Shown: positions 1-9,035 of the stretch, in pieces | Position numbering within the stretch: position 1 is the stretch's first letter | How the letters are laid out: each line of letters opens with the position of its first letter | From: an uncultured cyanobacterium | GTDB taxonomy: Bacteria > Cyanobacteriota > Cyanobacteriia > Cyanobacteriales > CAWCAG01 | Assembly (NCBI GenBank): GCA_963793425.1 | Contig: CAWCAG010000007.1 | Coordinates: 515,217-579,216, forward strand | Direction: 5' to 3' | DNA length: 64,000 nucleotides | Program-made: the position numbers and the translations under genes | The notes under the pieces: model-generated | Database searches by the model: none | What the model saw: only the letters and a program-made list of their open reading frames with translations | Told to the model about the DNA's origin: nothing

Positions 1-55
1 ACCTTTGCATCATAAACTTGAATTTAAGAGGTAAACGGCAGTTGAGAGGTTTTTT

Positions 56-1345
56 GTGAAAAGAGTATTAGGAATTATTTTGGGAGGAGGTGCTGGAACC
101 CGTCTATATCCCTTAACAAAAGTACGGGCCAAACCAGCAGTTTCCTTAGCGGGGAAGTATCGCTTAATTGATATTCCGGTCAGTAATTGTATAAATTCAG
201 AAATTTATAAACTTTATGTTCTCACTCAGTTTAATTCAACATCCTTAAACCGTCATATCGCCCAGACCTATAACTTTTCGGGCTTCACAGAAGGGTTTGT
301 AGAAGTCTTGGCGGCACAACAAACTGCTGAGAATCCTGGTTGGTTTCAAGGAACGGCTGATGCTGTACGCCAATACCTCTGGCTATTACAGGAATGGGAT
401 GTAGATGAGTATTTGATTCTTTCTGGAGATCATCTCTATCGCATGGACTATCGCGATTTTGTTCAACGTCATCGCGAAACAAATGCGGATATTACTCTTT
501 CTGTCGTACCGATTGATGAGAAAAGAGCATCTAGCTTTGGTTTAATGAAAATTGATGATAACGGTAGGATTATTGATTTCAGCGAGAAGCCAAAAGGTAA
601 TGCCCTCAAGCAAATGCAGGTAGATACCACAACCTTGGGATTACCTCCAGAAAAAGCCAGAAGAATGCCCTACATTGCTTCAATGGGGATTTATGTCTTT
701 AAAAAGGAAGTTCTTTGTAATTTGTTGAAAGCGAATCTTGAAGAAACTGACTTCGGAAAAGAGATTATTCCTGCTGCTGCCCCAGATCATAATGTTCAAG
801 CTTACTTATTCAAAGGCTATTGGGAAGATATTGGTACAATTGAAGCTTTTTATGATGCTAATTTAGCTTTAACCAAGCAACCTGATCCTGCCTTCAGCTT
901 CTATGATGCCAATGCCCCCATTTATACTCGTTCACGTTACTTACCCCCCACAAAACACTTAGATTGTCAAGTAACCGAATCAATGGTAGGAGATGGTTGT
1001 GTTATCAAATCCTGTCGTATTCACCACTCTGTTTTAGGAATCAGAACCAGGATAGAAGAAAACTGTAGTATTGAAGATAGCTTGATTATGGGAGCAGATT
1101 TTTATGAATCTTCAGCCCAACGCCGAGCTTCTTTAGATAAAGGTAAACCTCCTGTGGGTGTTGGCAGCGAAAGTACAATTCGCCGCGCTATTCTTGATAA
1201 AAATGCCCGTATTGGTAATAAAGTTCTGATTCTTAACAAAGATCGTATTGAAGAAGCTAATCGTGAAGAGCAAGGCTTCTATATCCGTAGTGGCATTGTC
1301 GTTGTGTTAAAAAATGCTGTAATCCCAGACGGGACAGTAATTTAA
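56..1345 (+). CDS. glgC: glucose-1-phosphate adenylyltransferase
   Basis: 429-aa ORF with GTG start. N-terminal [16 protein letters not shown] nucleotidyltransferase motif and full-length GlgC-like sequence. Confidence 0.95.
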   Translation: MKRVLGIILGGGAGTRLYPLTKVRAKPAVSLAGKYRLIDIPVSNCINSEIYKLYVLTQFNSTSLNRHIAQTYNFSGFTEGFVEVLAAQQTAENPGWFQGTADAVRQYLWLLQEWDVDEYLILSGDHLYRMDYRDFVQRHRETNADITLSVVPIDEKRASSFGLMKIDDNGRIIDFSEKPKGNALKQMQVDTTTLGLPPEKARRMPYIASMGIYVFKKEVLCNLLKANLEETDFGKEIIPAAAPDHNVQAYLFKGYWEDIGTIEAFYDANLALTKQPDPAFSFYDANAPIYTRSRYLPPTKHLDCQVTESMVGDGCVIKSCRIHHSVLGIRTRIEENCSIEDSLIMGADFYESSAQRRASLDKGKPPVGVGSESTIRRAILDKNARIGNKVLILNKDRIEEANREEQGFYIRSGIVVVLKNAVIPDGTVI

Positions 1346-1477
1346 CCACCTCGGATGAGGGAGTAGTAAACTGATAAAAGGCGACCCTATAGAAGTTATT
1401 AACCTTAACGAATACTAAAATGGGCCGCTTTTTATCTATTTGCAAACATACAATAATTAAAACGAGATAGAGGCATA

Positions 1478-1786
1478 ATGAGTCAACGCGATGGTTTCAC
1501 CGGGGGATTTTTAACAGGAGTAGTTGTTGGTGGCATTTTTGGAGGTTTAATGGGGGCGCTAGTTGCCTCTAAAAGCGAGAGAGAAACCGCAGAAGAAAAA
1601 GATTCTTTACTTAAGAACAACAATCAACCAGAGATTGCGGCTGGAACAGAAGAAAGTATCGAATTTGCCCGTCGTAGCTTAGAAGATAAGATCGCCCAAC
1701 TAAATTTAGCCATTGATGATGTACGTCAGCAACTAGGTACGGTTAATGGCAAAAGCATTGGTGTAGAGATAGAAAATGATTATTAG
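1478..1786 (+). CDS. YtxH-like small membrane-anchored protein
   Basis: 102 aa. Gly-rich hydrophobic N-terminus (GGFLTGVVVGGIFGGLMGALVA) followed by a charged helical tail. Confidence 0.5.
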   Translation: MSQRDGFTGGFLTGVVVGGIFGGLMGALVASKSERETAEEKDSLLKNNNQPEIAAGTEESIEFARRSLEDKIAQLNLAIDDVRQQLGTVNGKSIGVEIENDY

Positions 1787-1885
1787 TTCTTATCTAGGAA
1801 GTTGCTAAATTAACGAAGGGCAGTTCTACAAATCCAGTAGAATAGGTGTATTAAGACAATTCAGCCAAAAAGGTTCTAAAAACTT

Positions 1886-2158
1886 ATGAGCGCTACTCAA
1901 CTGTTCGCTACTAGCCTTGCCAACTTTATCTCGATTTATTCTCTGTTACTTTTGGTGAGAATTCTGCTAACGTGGTTTCAAACTATGGAATGGGCCAATA
2001 ATATTGCTGCTTTCTTGAGTCCCATTACTGATCCTTATTTAAACATTTTCCGTTCCTTTATTCCTCCCCTGGGCGGCATCGACTTGTCTCCCATCGTGGC
2101 AATTTTCGTTCTCAATTTTATTGGCTCTCAGTTAGGTAGATTAAGCCAAATAATTTAA
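1886..2158 (+). CDS. YggT/Ycf19 family membrane protein
   Basis: 90 aa, two TM segments. LLLVRILLTWF and DLSPIVAIFVL motifs are typical of YggT. Confidence 0.8.
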   Translation: MSATQLFATSLANFISIYSLLLLVRILLTWFQTMEWANNIAAFLSPITDPYLNIFRSFIPPLGGIDLSPIVAIFVLNFIGSQLGRLSQII

Positions 2159-2613
2159 TAGTAGTAAGGGCGAACTTTTCTGGCAAAACCAGAAGCTTTA
2201 AATTGCTTAAGCTGAAGAGGCGTTGGTTGATTTGCAGGTACACTAATCCTGATTTGAAAATCACTAACGCCAGGAGGAATTTCTTCAATAGAACCAATGC
2301 GATTACGGTTTTGCATCGCTGGGTTGCCGTTGGCATCGTAAATGCGACCGAAAACATCAGCATCCACCACCAGCTTGCTAGTAGAGTTATTAACCTTGCC
2401 ACTAACAACAAAACAGTTAGCTGCCCTAGTTGAACCAGTACCAACAAATCCTTCTGACAATTCAGCAGAACATTCTTGGTAGGAAAGATCAGAAATTTTA
2501 ACTTGAGTCAAAGCAAAAGCTTGAGGAGCAACCAAGGAACTAAAAAGCCAAAAGCAAAGGGAAATAGCTATAACAGTTAAAGCTCGAATACTCATAAAAC
2601 CGGATGCTCTCAA
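2155..2613 (-). CDS. secreted hypothetical protein
   Basis: 152 aa with an N-terminal signal-like hydrophobic segment ending AFA-LT. No family recognised. Confidence 0.5.
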   Translation of the reverse strand: MRASGFMSIRALTVIAISLCFWLFSSLVAPQAFALTQVKISDLSYQECSAELSEGFVGTGSTRAANCFVVSGKVNNSTSKLVVDADVFGRIYDANGNPAMQNRNRIGSIEEIPPGVSDFQIRISVPANQPTPLQLKQFKASGFARKVRPYYY

Positions 2614-2813
2614 TTATTTTGTGGAATAATGCCTTGATCTTAAGATAACGCGGATTAGTTATCAATTAAATTTTAGTTAATTTGCGGTGCATTAATTACT
2701 TAAGAGTCAATACTCAACATCTGGTTTTCATGAAATTAAGAGTATAGTGCTAGAGTCAAGGACAAAAGGGGATTTAGCATCAAAATCAATTATTAGCTTT
2801 ATAATTTGCACCC

Positions 2814-3908
2814 ATGGTATTGCCAACTAATTTAACCAAACGCTATCAACATATTCTTTGGGCTACCGTTCGTCACTATATCGCTACAGCAGAACCAGTG
2901 GGTTCAAAAACTTTATATAATCAATATGACTTTAGGGTTGCCGCCACAATCCGTAATGCTATGGGGCGTTTAGAAAAGGCTGGTTTACTCTATCAACCCT
3001 ATACTTCTTCTGGTAGGATTCCTTCAGACTCTGGTTATCGAATTTATGTAGATAACCTCATGACTCCGGATGAAGCTTTAGGCAATAGGGTAGAAGAGTT
3101 GCTGAGTAGTAAGCTTAATTGGGATTCTTGGAGTTTCGAGGATCTTTTGCGGGGGGCAGCCCAGATTATTGCTACCCTAAGCGGTCATATTGCCCTAATT
3201 ACTATGCCCCAACATTCTACTACGAGATTGCGTTACTTAAAGTTAGTCGAAATTGGGCAACAACAAATCATGTTAATTGTGGTGACAGATTGCCATAAAT
3301 CTCAATCTATTCTTATGGAAAGAAACTCAACACAGAAAAGAGAAGATGGAGTAGATATACAGTTAACAGAAAGAGAACTAAATATGCTTTCTAATTTTCT
3401 TAATAGTAAGTTGCAAGGACATTTGCTATCAGAATTAGCTTGCATAGATTGGGGAGAATTAGACCGAGAATTTGAATGTTATGCAGATTTTTTGCAAGTA
3501 TTGCAAAAGGAATTAACTCGCCGTTCCCAAGCCCCTAAATCTAATCCTATTATGGTTAGGGGGCTTTCAGAAGTTCTACGCCAACCAGAATTTTCCCAAT
3601 TAGAACAAGTGCAAATGTTGCTACATTTATTAGAAGAAGAACAAGAGCAGCTTTTACCCTTAATCTTAGCTATCCCAGGAGCAGAAAGTAATCAAAAGCG
3701 AGTTACTGTGAGAATTGGTGCGGAAAATCCTCTTCAACCTTTGACAACTTGTACTTTAATTTCTGCTTTATATTGGCAAAATGAAGTCCCTTTAGGCAGT
3801 GTTGGTATTATCGGTCCAACGCGAATGTTATATGAAAATGCCATTCCTTTAGTAGAGTCAGCAGCAGATTATCTTTCTAGTACTTTAACTCAGGTTTTTG
3901 CATTTTAA
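2814..3908 (+). CDS. hrcA: heat-inducible transcription repressor HrcA
   Basis: 364 aa. N-terminal winged-helix region (ILWATVRHYIATAEPVGSKTL) and C-terminal GSVGIIGPTRM motif are typical of HrcA. Confidence 0.9.
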   Translation: MVLPTNLTKRYQHILWATVRHYIATAEPVGSKTLYNQYDFRVAATIRNAMGRLEKAGLLYQPYTSSGRIPSDSGYRIYVDNLMTPDEALGNRVEELLSSKLNWDSWSFEDLLRGAAQIIATLSGHIALITMPQHSTTRLRYLKLVEIGQQQIMLIVVTDCHKSQSILMERNSTQKREDGVDIQLTERELNMLSNFLNSKLQGHLLSELACIDWGELDREFECYADFLQVLQKELTRRSQAPKSNPIMVRGLSEVLRQPEFSQLEQVQMLLHLLEEEQEQLLPLILAIPGAESNQKRVTVRIGAENPLQPLTTCTLISALYWQNEVPLGSVGIIGPTRMLYENAIPLVESAADYLSSTLTQVFAF

Positions 3909-3914
3909 GCGACG

Positions 3915-4661
3915 ATGGAAATAATCAACTCAAAAATACAGTCCATCCTCAAGCTAGAGGGCTTGAGTTTAGCTACATATGTGGGAAATGTTTATTTATT
4001 ACAAGATATCTTTTTTACTGTTTATCCTGGGGAATTTATTGGTATTGTTGGTGCTTCGGGGGCGGGAAAAACTTCTCTTTTACGCTTAATTAATCGTCTT
4101 GGAGAAGCGACTTCTGGCGCAATTTTTTTTGAAGGGAAAACAATTAAGCAAATACCCATTCAGAAATTACGCCAACAAATAGTTCTCGTCTCTCAAGAGC
4201 CTAAACTATTAGGAATGAAGGTAGAAGAAGCCCTAGCTTATCCTCTAAGGCTTAGAAAAATTTCTTCCCAAGAAATCTCCTCTCAAGTAAATAAATGGCT
4301 GGATAAATTAAAGATTAATCCAGATTGGTTAGAGCGCAATGAACTACAACTTTCTACTGGACAAAAACAACTTATTGCTATTGCTCGTGGTTTAATTATA
4401 GAACCCAAAGTTTTATTATTAGATGAACCAACTTCAGCTTTAGATATAGAACAAACAGAGCATTTACTAAAGGTTCTTAGGGAATTAACCACCGAAAAGA
4501 AAACCACCATAATCATGGTTAATCATCAACTGGAGTTGATTAAAAGATTTTGTCAACGCATCCTTTACCTAAAACAGGGAAAATTACAGCAAGATGCTCT
4601 AAGCAAAGAAGTTAATTGGTTGCAATTAGAAAAAAGTCTGAAAGAAGCAGAATTATACTAA
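3915..4661 (+). CDS. ABC transporter ATP-binding protein
   Basis: Walker A GASGAGKTS, ABC signature LSTGQKQ, Walker B LLLDEPTSALD. Confidence 0.9.
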   Translation: MEIINSKIQSILKLEGLSLATYVGNVYLLQDIFFTVYPGEFIGIVGASGAGKTSLLRLINRLGEATSGAIFFEGKTIKQIPIQKLRQQIVLVSQEPKLLGMKVEEALAYPLRLRKISSQEISSQVNKWLDKLKINPDWLERNELQLSTGQKQLIAIARGLIIEPKVLLLDEPTSALDIEQTEHLLKVLRELTTEKKTTIIMVNHQLELIKRFCQRILYLKQGKLQQDALSKEVNWLQLEKSLKEAELY

Positions 4662-4907
4662 ATCCGATGTATAAAAGCCAATAATGAATTAAACATAAGT
4701 TAACCAAACGATAATTCGTTACTGGTGTTTCTATTTTGTTTGTACACAACTTTTTAGGGATAATACTTCAAACAATTTTCAAGTTGAGAATATTCACCTG
4801 CTGCATTTTTTTGTAAGCTACAGTATCAATTGTCGTCATTTCTGTTCTTTTAGCAGATAGTATTTCGTACTCAAATATCTCAGCAACAACGTAAAACTGT
4901 TCTCTTT

Positions 4908-6056
4908 CTATGGCCAAACTTGTTTACCTTGTTTGTCAATGTAAACATACTCGCCTTCTAAGGTAGAGTGCCATAATGTGTTCTCAAAATTATTTACATA
5001 ATCTAAACGGGCCGGTACAACCATTTGGCCAGTCTTATCAATAAGTCCCCACTTACTATTAGATTTTACAGGGGCCAATCCGTTAGTAAATTCTTCCGCT
5101 ATTTGAAACTGTGATTCGATAGCTATTTTTCCTGTTTCGTCAATATAACCCATCTTATTATTTAGTTTTATGGGAGCTAAACCTTCAGCAAATTTTCCTG
5201 CAAACTCAAATTGAGGAGAAATAGCCCACTTACCTTTCGAGTTAATAAATCCCCATTTTCCTTTACTCTCAGCAGCAGCCAAACCTTCTGAAAAACTGCT
5301 TGTCCATCCTAACCAAGGACGGACTACCCATTTTCCTTTTTTGTTGATGAAGCCCCAGCCACCATATTTAACAGCAGCTACTCCTTCTGAAAATGATTCT
5401 GCTGCCTCAAATTTAGCTTTGCTTACTTGTCTACCTTCGTTATCAACAAAACCCACTAAATTATTTTGGAAAAACTTAGCTCGTCCTTCTGAAAATTGGG
5501 CTACAGATTCATACTGTGGTGATACTATAAATTCACCAGTTTTGTTAATGAAACCCCACTTGCCATCTTTTTGAGCAGCAGCTAAACCTTCTGAAAAGTT
5601 ATTAAGTTGAGCAAATTGATTCTTGACTACCAATGTTTCCTGATGGTCGATAGCTCCCCAAAGATTATCTATTTTGACTAACGCTAGTCCTTCCACAAAA
5701 GGTCTAACTTCAGCAAATTGAGGGCTAATAACTACTTTACCTTTTGTGTTAACAAAACCCCATTTACCTTCTATTTTTACAGCAGCAAGTCCTTCAGAGA
5801 AGGTAGTAGCATCAGCAAATTGAAGAGGAATCATTATCTGACCTGAGTTGTCAATATAACCATATTTGCCCTGTTCATTGACAAGATATCTTTCTTCGGA
5901 CATATTACTAAGCTCTGAGGAAGAAATTGTTACAGAATTCAATTTATTAGAGTTACTTGAGACTAGTTGGGGAACCTGGCAACTGCTAAGGATAAAACTA
6001 ATAGTAATAGTTATCCAGAAGTGGATTGTAATTTCTTTAATAATTGATCTGCTCAT
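4908..6056 (-). CDS. WG-repeat lipoprotein (candidate immunity protein for the upstream toxin)
   Basis: 382 aa. Lipobox ILSSC. About ten tandem repeats of the form KWGFINxxGxxVIxPQFxxxxxFSEGLAAV. Start lies 34 nt downstream of toxin gene 6091-7413 on the same strand. Confidence 0.85.
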   Translation of the reverse strand: MSRSIIKEITIHFWITITISFILSSCQVPQLVSSNSNKLNSVTISSSELSNMSEERYLVNEQGKYGYIDNSGQIMIPLQFADATTFSEGLAAVKIEGKWGFVNTKGKVVISPQFAEVRPFVEGLALVKIDNLWGAIDHQETLVVKNQFAQLNNFSEGLAAAQKDGKWGFINKTGEFIVSPQYESVAQFSEGRAKFFQNNLVGFVDNEGRQVSKAKFEAAESFSEGVAAVKYGGWGFINKKGKWVVRPWLGWTSSFSEGLAAAESKGKWGFINSKGKWAISPQFEFAGKFAEGLAPIKLNNKMGYIDETGKIAIESQFQIAEEFTNGLAPVKSNSKWGLIDKTGQMVVPARLDYVNNFENTLWHSTLEGEYVYIDKQGKQVWP

Positions 6057-6090
6057 CTAGCTTCTAAATCAGAATGTTTTTTTGAAGACA

Positions 6091-7413
6091 TTAAGACTCA
6101 TTCTTAATGGTAATTCTGCCTACACTTCTTGAATCTTTTCTAGATTGGATTAAATAAGCCCATATTTGTTCCCAATGTTCTGTATTAACAACTGTGACAC
6201 AACCTTGGCTCACCATACCTGGATGTAGATAGCGATCTCCACTATTACCGATACGGAACCAAGTTGTGGCGTAGTTACCATATGCGGCTCCAAGACTATG
6301 TTGATAGTCAGGAATTTCTAGATCGTATGTACCTGAAGGAATAGGATTGGTAGCATCCATATGTGCGCTTATGGGACCGAAGCTACCAAAATTAAACTGA
6401 CCATTCCACACATTTCCAAAATCCTTGACTTTTGTCCAAGTTACCTGAGCTGAACTATTAGGATTGAGGTAATGACCCAATTGGTCTGTGCTTACCTTTG
6501 CTTTTTTGTCTTTATAATACCCTTCGTGAATTTTAATCCTTCTTACGTCTCCTTCGTTAGTTAATAGGGTAACTTTGAGAGTATGTGGAAGTTCTACAGG
6601 CTCTCCAGGGATATGGAAAGGACCAAGATAACCACTTTTTAAATCAGCCCATCCTGGGTGCTGTGGAGCTACAATACGACGATACGTACCTCCTCTAGCA
6701 ATCAATTGCTCTTCATTTCCCCTAGAAGCTGCTTGCTCAGATTGCGAATCTTCCTTTTTAGCAACAAAGCTGTTGTTATCTGGAATGGATGAAGTGTTCT
6801 TTTGATAGTCTTTTAATAAAGGCTGAACAGACTCTCCAGCAGCTACCTTAGCCCCCACAGCATCAGCCTCCACCTCATACTTATCTCCCACCTTGCCCAT
6901 CTCCCCCGCAAGTTGTACCTTACCGGATTGTTGCTGGACAACATGAGTTCCTTCATGGGCAGCTAACTCAACGCTAGGAGGCTTTTGGAAAGCAATCTTG
7001 TTCCCCATTGTATAAGCCTGCGCCCCCAATTGCTTACTCGCTGCTGTTGCTGGGCCACCGATATAAGCTTGGACATGGGATAAATCTTGTCCAAATGACC
7101 TTTGAATTCTATCTAAATGGGGTAACGCTACAGGGGAACCTGTAAAACCTGTAGCAGCAATCTGGGTGGGAGAATGATTAGCTTCTTCACCTCCACATTT
7201 GGCACATTTAGCTTGTACCTGTAAACCAGAACACATATTATCCCACATGGCCTTTTCACCGGCTATTTGCTGTTGCGTTGATGACTTCTTTTGAACTACA
7301 GGATTAGGAGTAGCTTTTTGTTGTACAGGTTGAAAGTGAGGGGCAGAATTAATAGTTGGCTTTGGTACAGGAGGAATAAAAGAGCTAGATTTTTGGACAA
7401 GTTTGTGACTCAT
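6091..7413 (-). CDS. polymorphic toxin A: DUF4157 (HExxH) N-terminal domain + L,D-transpeptidase/Tlde1-like C-terminal domain
   Basis: 440 aa. DUF4157-like stretch LDRIQRSFGQDLSHVQAY...GAQAYTMGNKIAF...AAHEGTHVVQQ (HExxH encoded at 6943-6957). C-terminus GTYDLEI...TTWFRIG...DRYLHPGMVSQGCVTV (Cys codon at 6199-6201) fits the His...Ser-x-Gly-Cys pattern of YkuD/DUF2778-type folds. Confidence 0.75.
   Translation of the reverse strand: MSHKLVQKSSSFIPPVPKPTINSAPHFQPVQQKATPNPVVQKKSSTQQQIAGEKAMWDNMCSGLQVQAKCAKCGGEEANHSPTQIAATGFTGSPVALPHLDRIQRSFGQDLSHVQAYIGGPATAASKQLGAQAYTMGNKIAFQKPPSVELAAHEGTHVVQQQSGKVQLAGEMGKVGDKYEVEADAVGAKVAAGESVQPLLKDYQKNTSSIPDNNSFVAKKEDSQSEQAASRGNEEQLIARGGTYRRIVAPQHPGWADLKSGYLGPFHIPGEPVELPHTLKVTLLTNEGDVRRIKIHEGYYKDKKAKVSTDQLGHYLNPNSSAQVTWTKVKDFGNVWNGQFNFGSFGPISAHMDATNPIPSGTYDLEIPDYQHSLGAAYGNYATTWFRIGNSGDRYLHPGMVSQGCVTVVNTEHWEQIWAYLIQSRKDSRSVGRITIKNES
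7084..7413. repeat. copy 1 of a duplicated 330-bp toxin 5' module (codons 1-110)
   Basis: Near-identical to 8556-8885. I count 7 amino-acid substitutions in 110 codons. Homology ends exactly after codon 110 (FGQD). Confidence 0.9.
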
Positions 7414-7452
7414 GGTTAGTGACGGAAGGAAGATAATTTGAGTAGAAAACAG

Positions 7453-7494
7453 TGCTTCTTAAACATTGCTTCTTAAACATTGCTTCTCAAACAT
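7453..7494. repeat. three tandem 14-bp direct repeats (TGCTTCTTAAACAT x2, TGCTTCTCAAACAT) upstream of toxin A
   Basis: Read directly from the sequence. They sit in the 137-bp gap between 7551-7946 and the toxin A start codon. Confidence 0.85.
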
Positions 7495-7550
7495 TCTGTT
7501 ACGGAAACATCTTTTAAAATGAGTTCCAATGTGAACTTTCGTCAAAATAA

Positions 7551-7946
7551 CTAAAGACCGATTAATCCTGTTGAAACAGAAACATTGACAACTTTGCCTT
7601 CTTGATGATCAATTGCCACTAACCATCTTCTTGAAACAAGCAATGCTTTGCTAAGCAACAGTTTGCTAAAGTCACAATGAAGAAAATCTTTCTCCTCAGT
7701 AGTTCCAAAAGTTTCATCTTGGAGATATCTACACTTAAAGCGATTTTCCTCCATTACTTTTTTTGCTTGGAAAACAGGACTACCCACCGAAATATGAGCT
7801 AGAATCTCTTTTTCCATCAAGCGTGGATCTTCATAAAACTTGATTTTGTTTACCATTGATTTACTCGCAAAGTTAAAAGCAACGTACACAATGATTCCTA
7901 CTAGGAAAAGAAGTAAAAAGTTTAGTGGTTTTTGATATATATTCAT
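7551..7946 (-). CDS. small membrane-anchored protein (candidate immunity protein for toxin B)
   Basis: 131 aa. One N-terminal TM helix (LNFLLLFLVGIIVYVAFNF) plus a domain of about 100 aa. Start lies 9 nt downstream of toxin B on the same strand. Confidence 0.5.
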   Translation of the reverse strand: MNIYQKPLNFLLLFLVGIIVYVAFNFASKSMVNKIKFYEDPRLMEKEILAHISVGSPVFQAKKVMEENRFKCRYLQDETFGTTEEKDFLHCDFSKLLLSKALLVSRRWLVAIDHQEGKVVNVSVSTGLIGL

Positions 7947-7955
7947 GTTGTTGAG

Positions 7956-8885
7956 CTAAATTTTCATTTTCCAACCAGGGGCCCATACAGGTGGAGAAGG
8001 ATTACCTAAATCAGCATCTCGTATACCTTGATGAGCTACAGAGTTACTGTTGGGACCTAATGGAAAATAACGAAGTTTTTGGGCTGCAATTCGACGCATT
8101 GTACCCACTAAGCTATCCCTGTATCTATTACAGGCTTTAAAATCCAAGTTAGTTGCTGCTTTAATTGTGCCACTGATATTTCTTCCCCAATCTACAGAAC
8201 TAGAATCATATTGCCCATAGCTAGTGACTAAGTATCCCCAAAAACCTTGATCCGTTCCACTAGAGTTGCTTGAATCAGTACGACTTACATCACTGGCAGT
8301 ACCACCAGTGCTACCACTACCGCTACTACCGCTAACACCTCCATTTGCACTCGGTCCACCGCGAAAAATTGTTTCTCTTGCAGATTCGATAGGTTTACCT
8401 TGCTCATCTACAGCTACTGGATCTGAAACTATAATGAAACCATGATTACCTACCCCAAAATCTACTCCGTAGTAGCGAAGCTCAACTTTACCTGGCCGAG
8501 TAAAAGATTTGGCAAGTTGTATTGTTGAGGCTCGGTCACTTTCTACTTTAGCTGAATCTTGTCCAAATGACCTTTGAATTCTATCTAAATGAGGTAACGC
8601 TAAAGGGGAACCTGTAAAACCTGTAGCAGCAATCTGGGTGGGAGAATGATTAGCTTCTTCACCTCCACATTTGGCACATTTAGCTTGTACCTGTAAACCA
8701 GAACGCATATTATCCCACATTGCCTTTTCACCGGCTACTTGCTGTTGCGTTGATGACTTCTTTTGAACAACCGGATTAGGACTAGCTTTTTGTTGTACAG
8801 GTTGAAAATGGGGAGCGGAACTAATCGTTGGCTTTGGTACAGGAGGAAGAAAAGAACTAGATTTTTGGACAAGTTGGTGACTCAT
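7956..8885 (-). CDS. polymorphic toxin B: same 110-aa N-terminal module as toxin A, unrelated C-terminus, no HExxH
   Basis: 309 aa. Residues 1-110 are about 94% identical to toxin A. It then diverges (SAKVESDRAS...), with a Gly/Ser-rich linker and a C-terminal region ending ...YFPLGPNSNSVAHQGIRDADLG... that I could not assign to a family. Confidence 0.7.
   Translation of the reverse strand: MSHQLVQKSSSFLPPVPKPTISSAPHFQPVQQKASPNPVVQKKSSTQQQVAGEKAMWDNMRSGLQVQAKCAKCGGEEANHSPTQIAATGFTGSPLALPHLDRIQRSFGQDSAKVESDRASTIQLAKSFTRPGKVELRYYGVDFGVGNHGFIIVSDPVAVDEQGKPIESARETIFRGGPSANGGVSGSSGSGSTGGTASDVSRTDSSNSSGTDQGFWGYLVTSYGQYDSSSVDWGRNISGTIKAATNLDFKACNRYRDSLVGTMRRIAAQKLRYFPLGPNSNSVAHQGIRDADLGNPSPPVWAPGWKMKI
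8556..8885. repeat. copy 2 of the duplicated 330-bp toxin 5' module
   Basis: See 7084-7413. Partial similarity continues a few nt into the 5' UTR/RBS. Confidence 0.9.
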
Positions 8886-8929
8886 AATTAGTCAGGGAAG
8901 AACGCTACATTATCGTACTTTGTGCCGGG

Positions 8930-9035
8930 ATGTCTCTTTCTCCTCGTTTATCTGACCTAATCTATCAAGCTAGTGAAGAACAATCTACCTATATAACCTT
9001 CAATTTAGCCCTAAAAACTTTTCCTCAACCTTTAT
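8930..9035 (+). pseudogene. AAA+ ATPase (Afp15/Pvc15-like), N-terminal fragment cut off by IS insertion
   Basis: ATG at 8930. The reading frame MSLSPRLSDLIYQASEEQSTYITFNLALKTFPQPL runs into the IS left end. Joining 9035 to 10376 continues the ORF in frame. Confidence 0.65.

Noticed and set aside
2614-2813. Possible CIRCE operator (TTAGCACTC-N9-GAGTGCTAA) upstream of hrcA
   Set aside because: Only loose fragments occur (TTAGCATCA..., AGTGCTAGAG), with no inverted repeat at the correct spacing.
4662-4907. Open frame without a start codon downstream of the WG-repeat gene (…EREQFYVVAEIFEYEILSAKRTEMTTIDTVAYKKMQQVNILNLKIV)
   Set aside because: It is too short, lacks a start codon and has no recognisable family. 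It may be a gene fragment, but this cannot be supported from the sequence alone.
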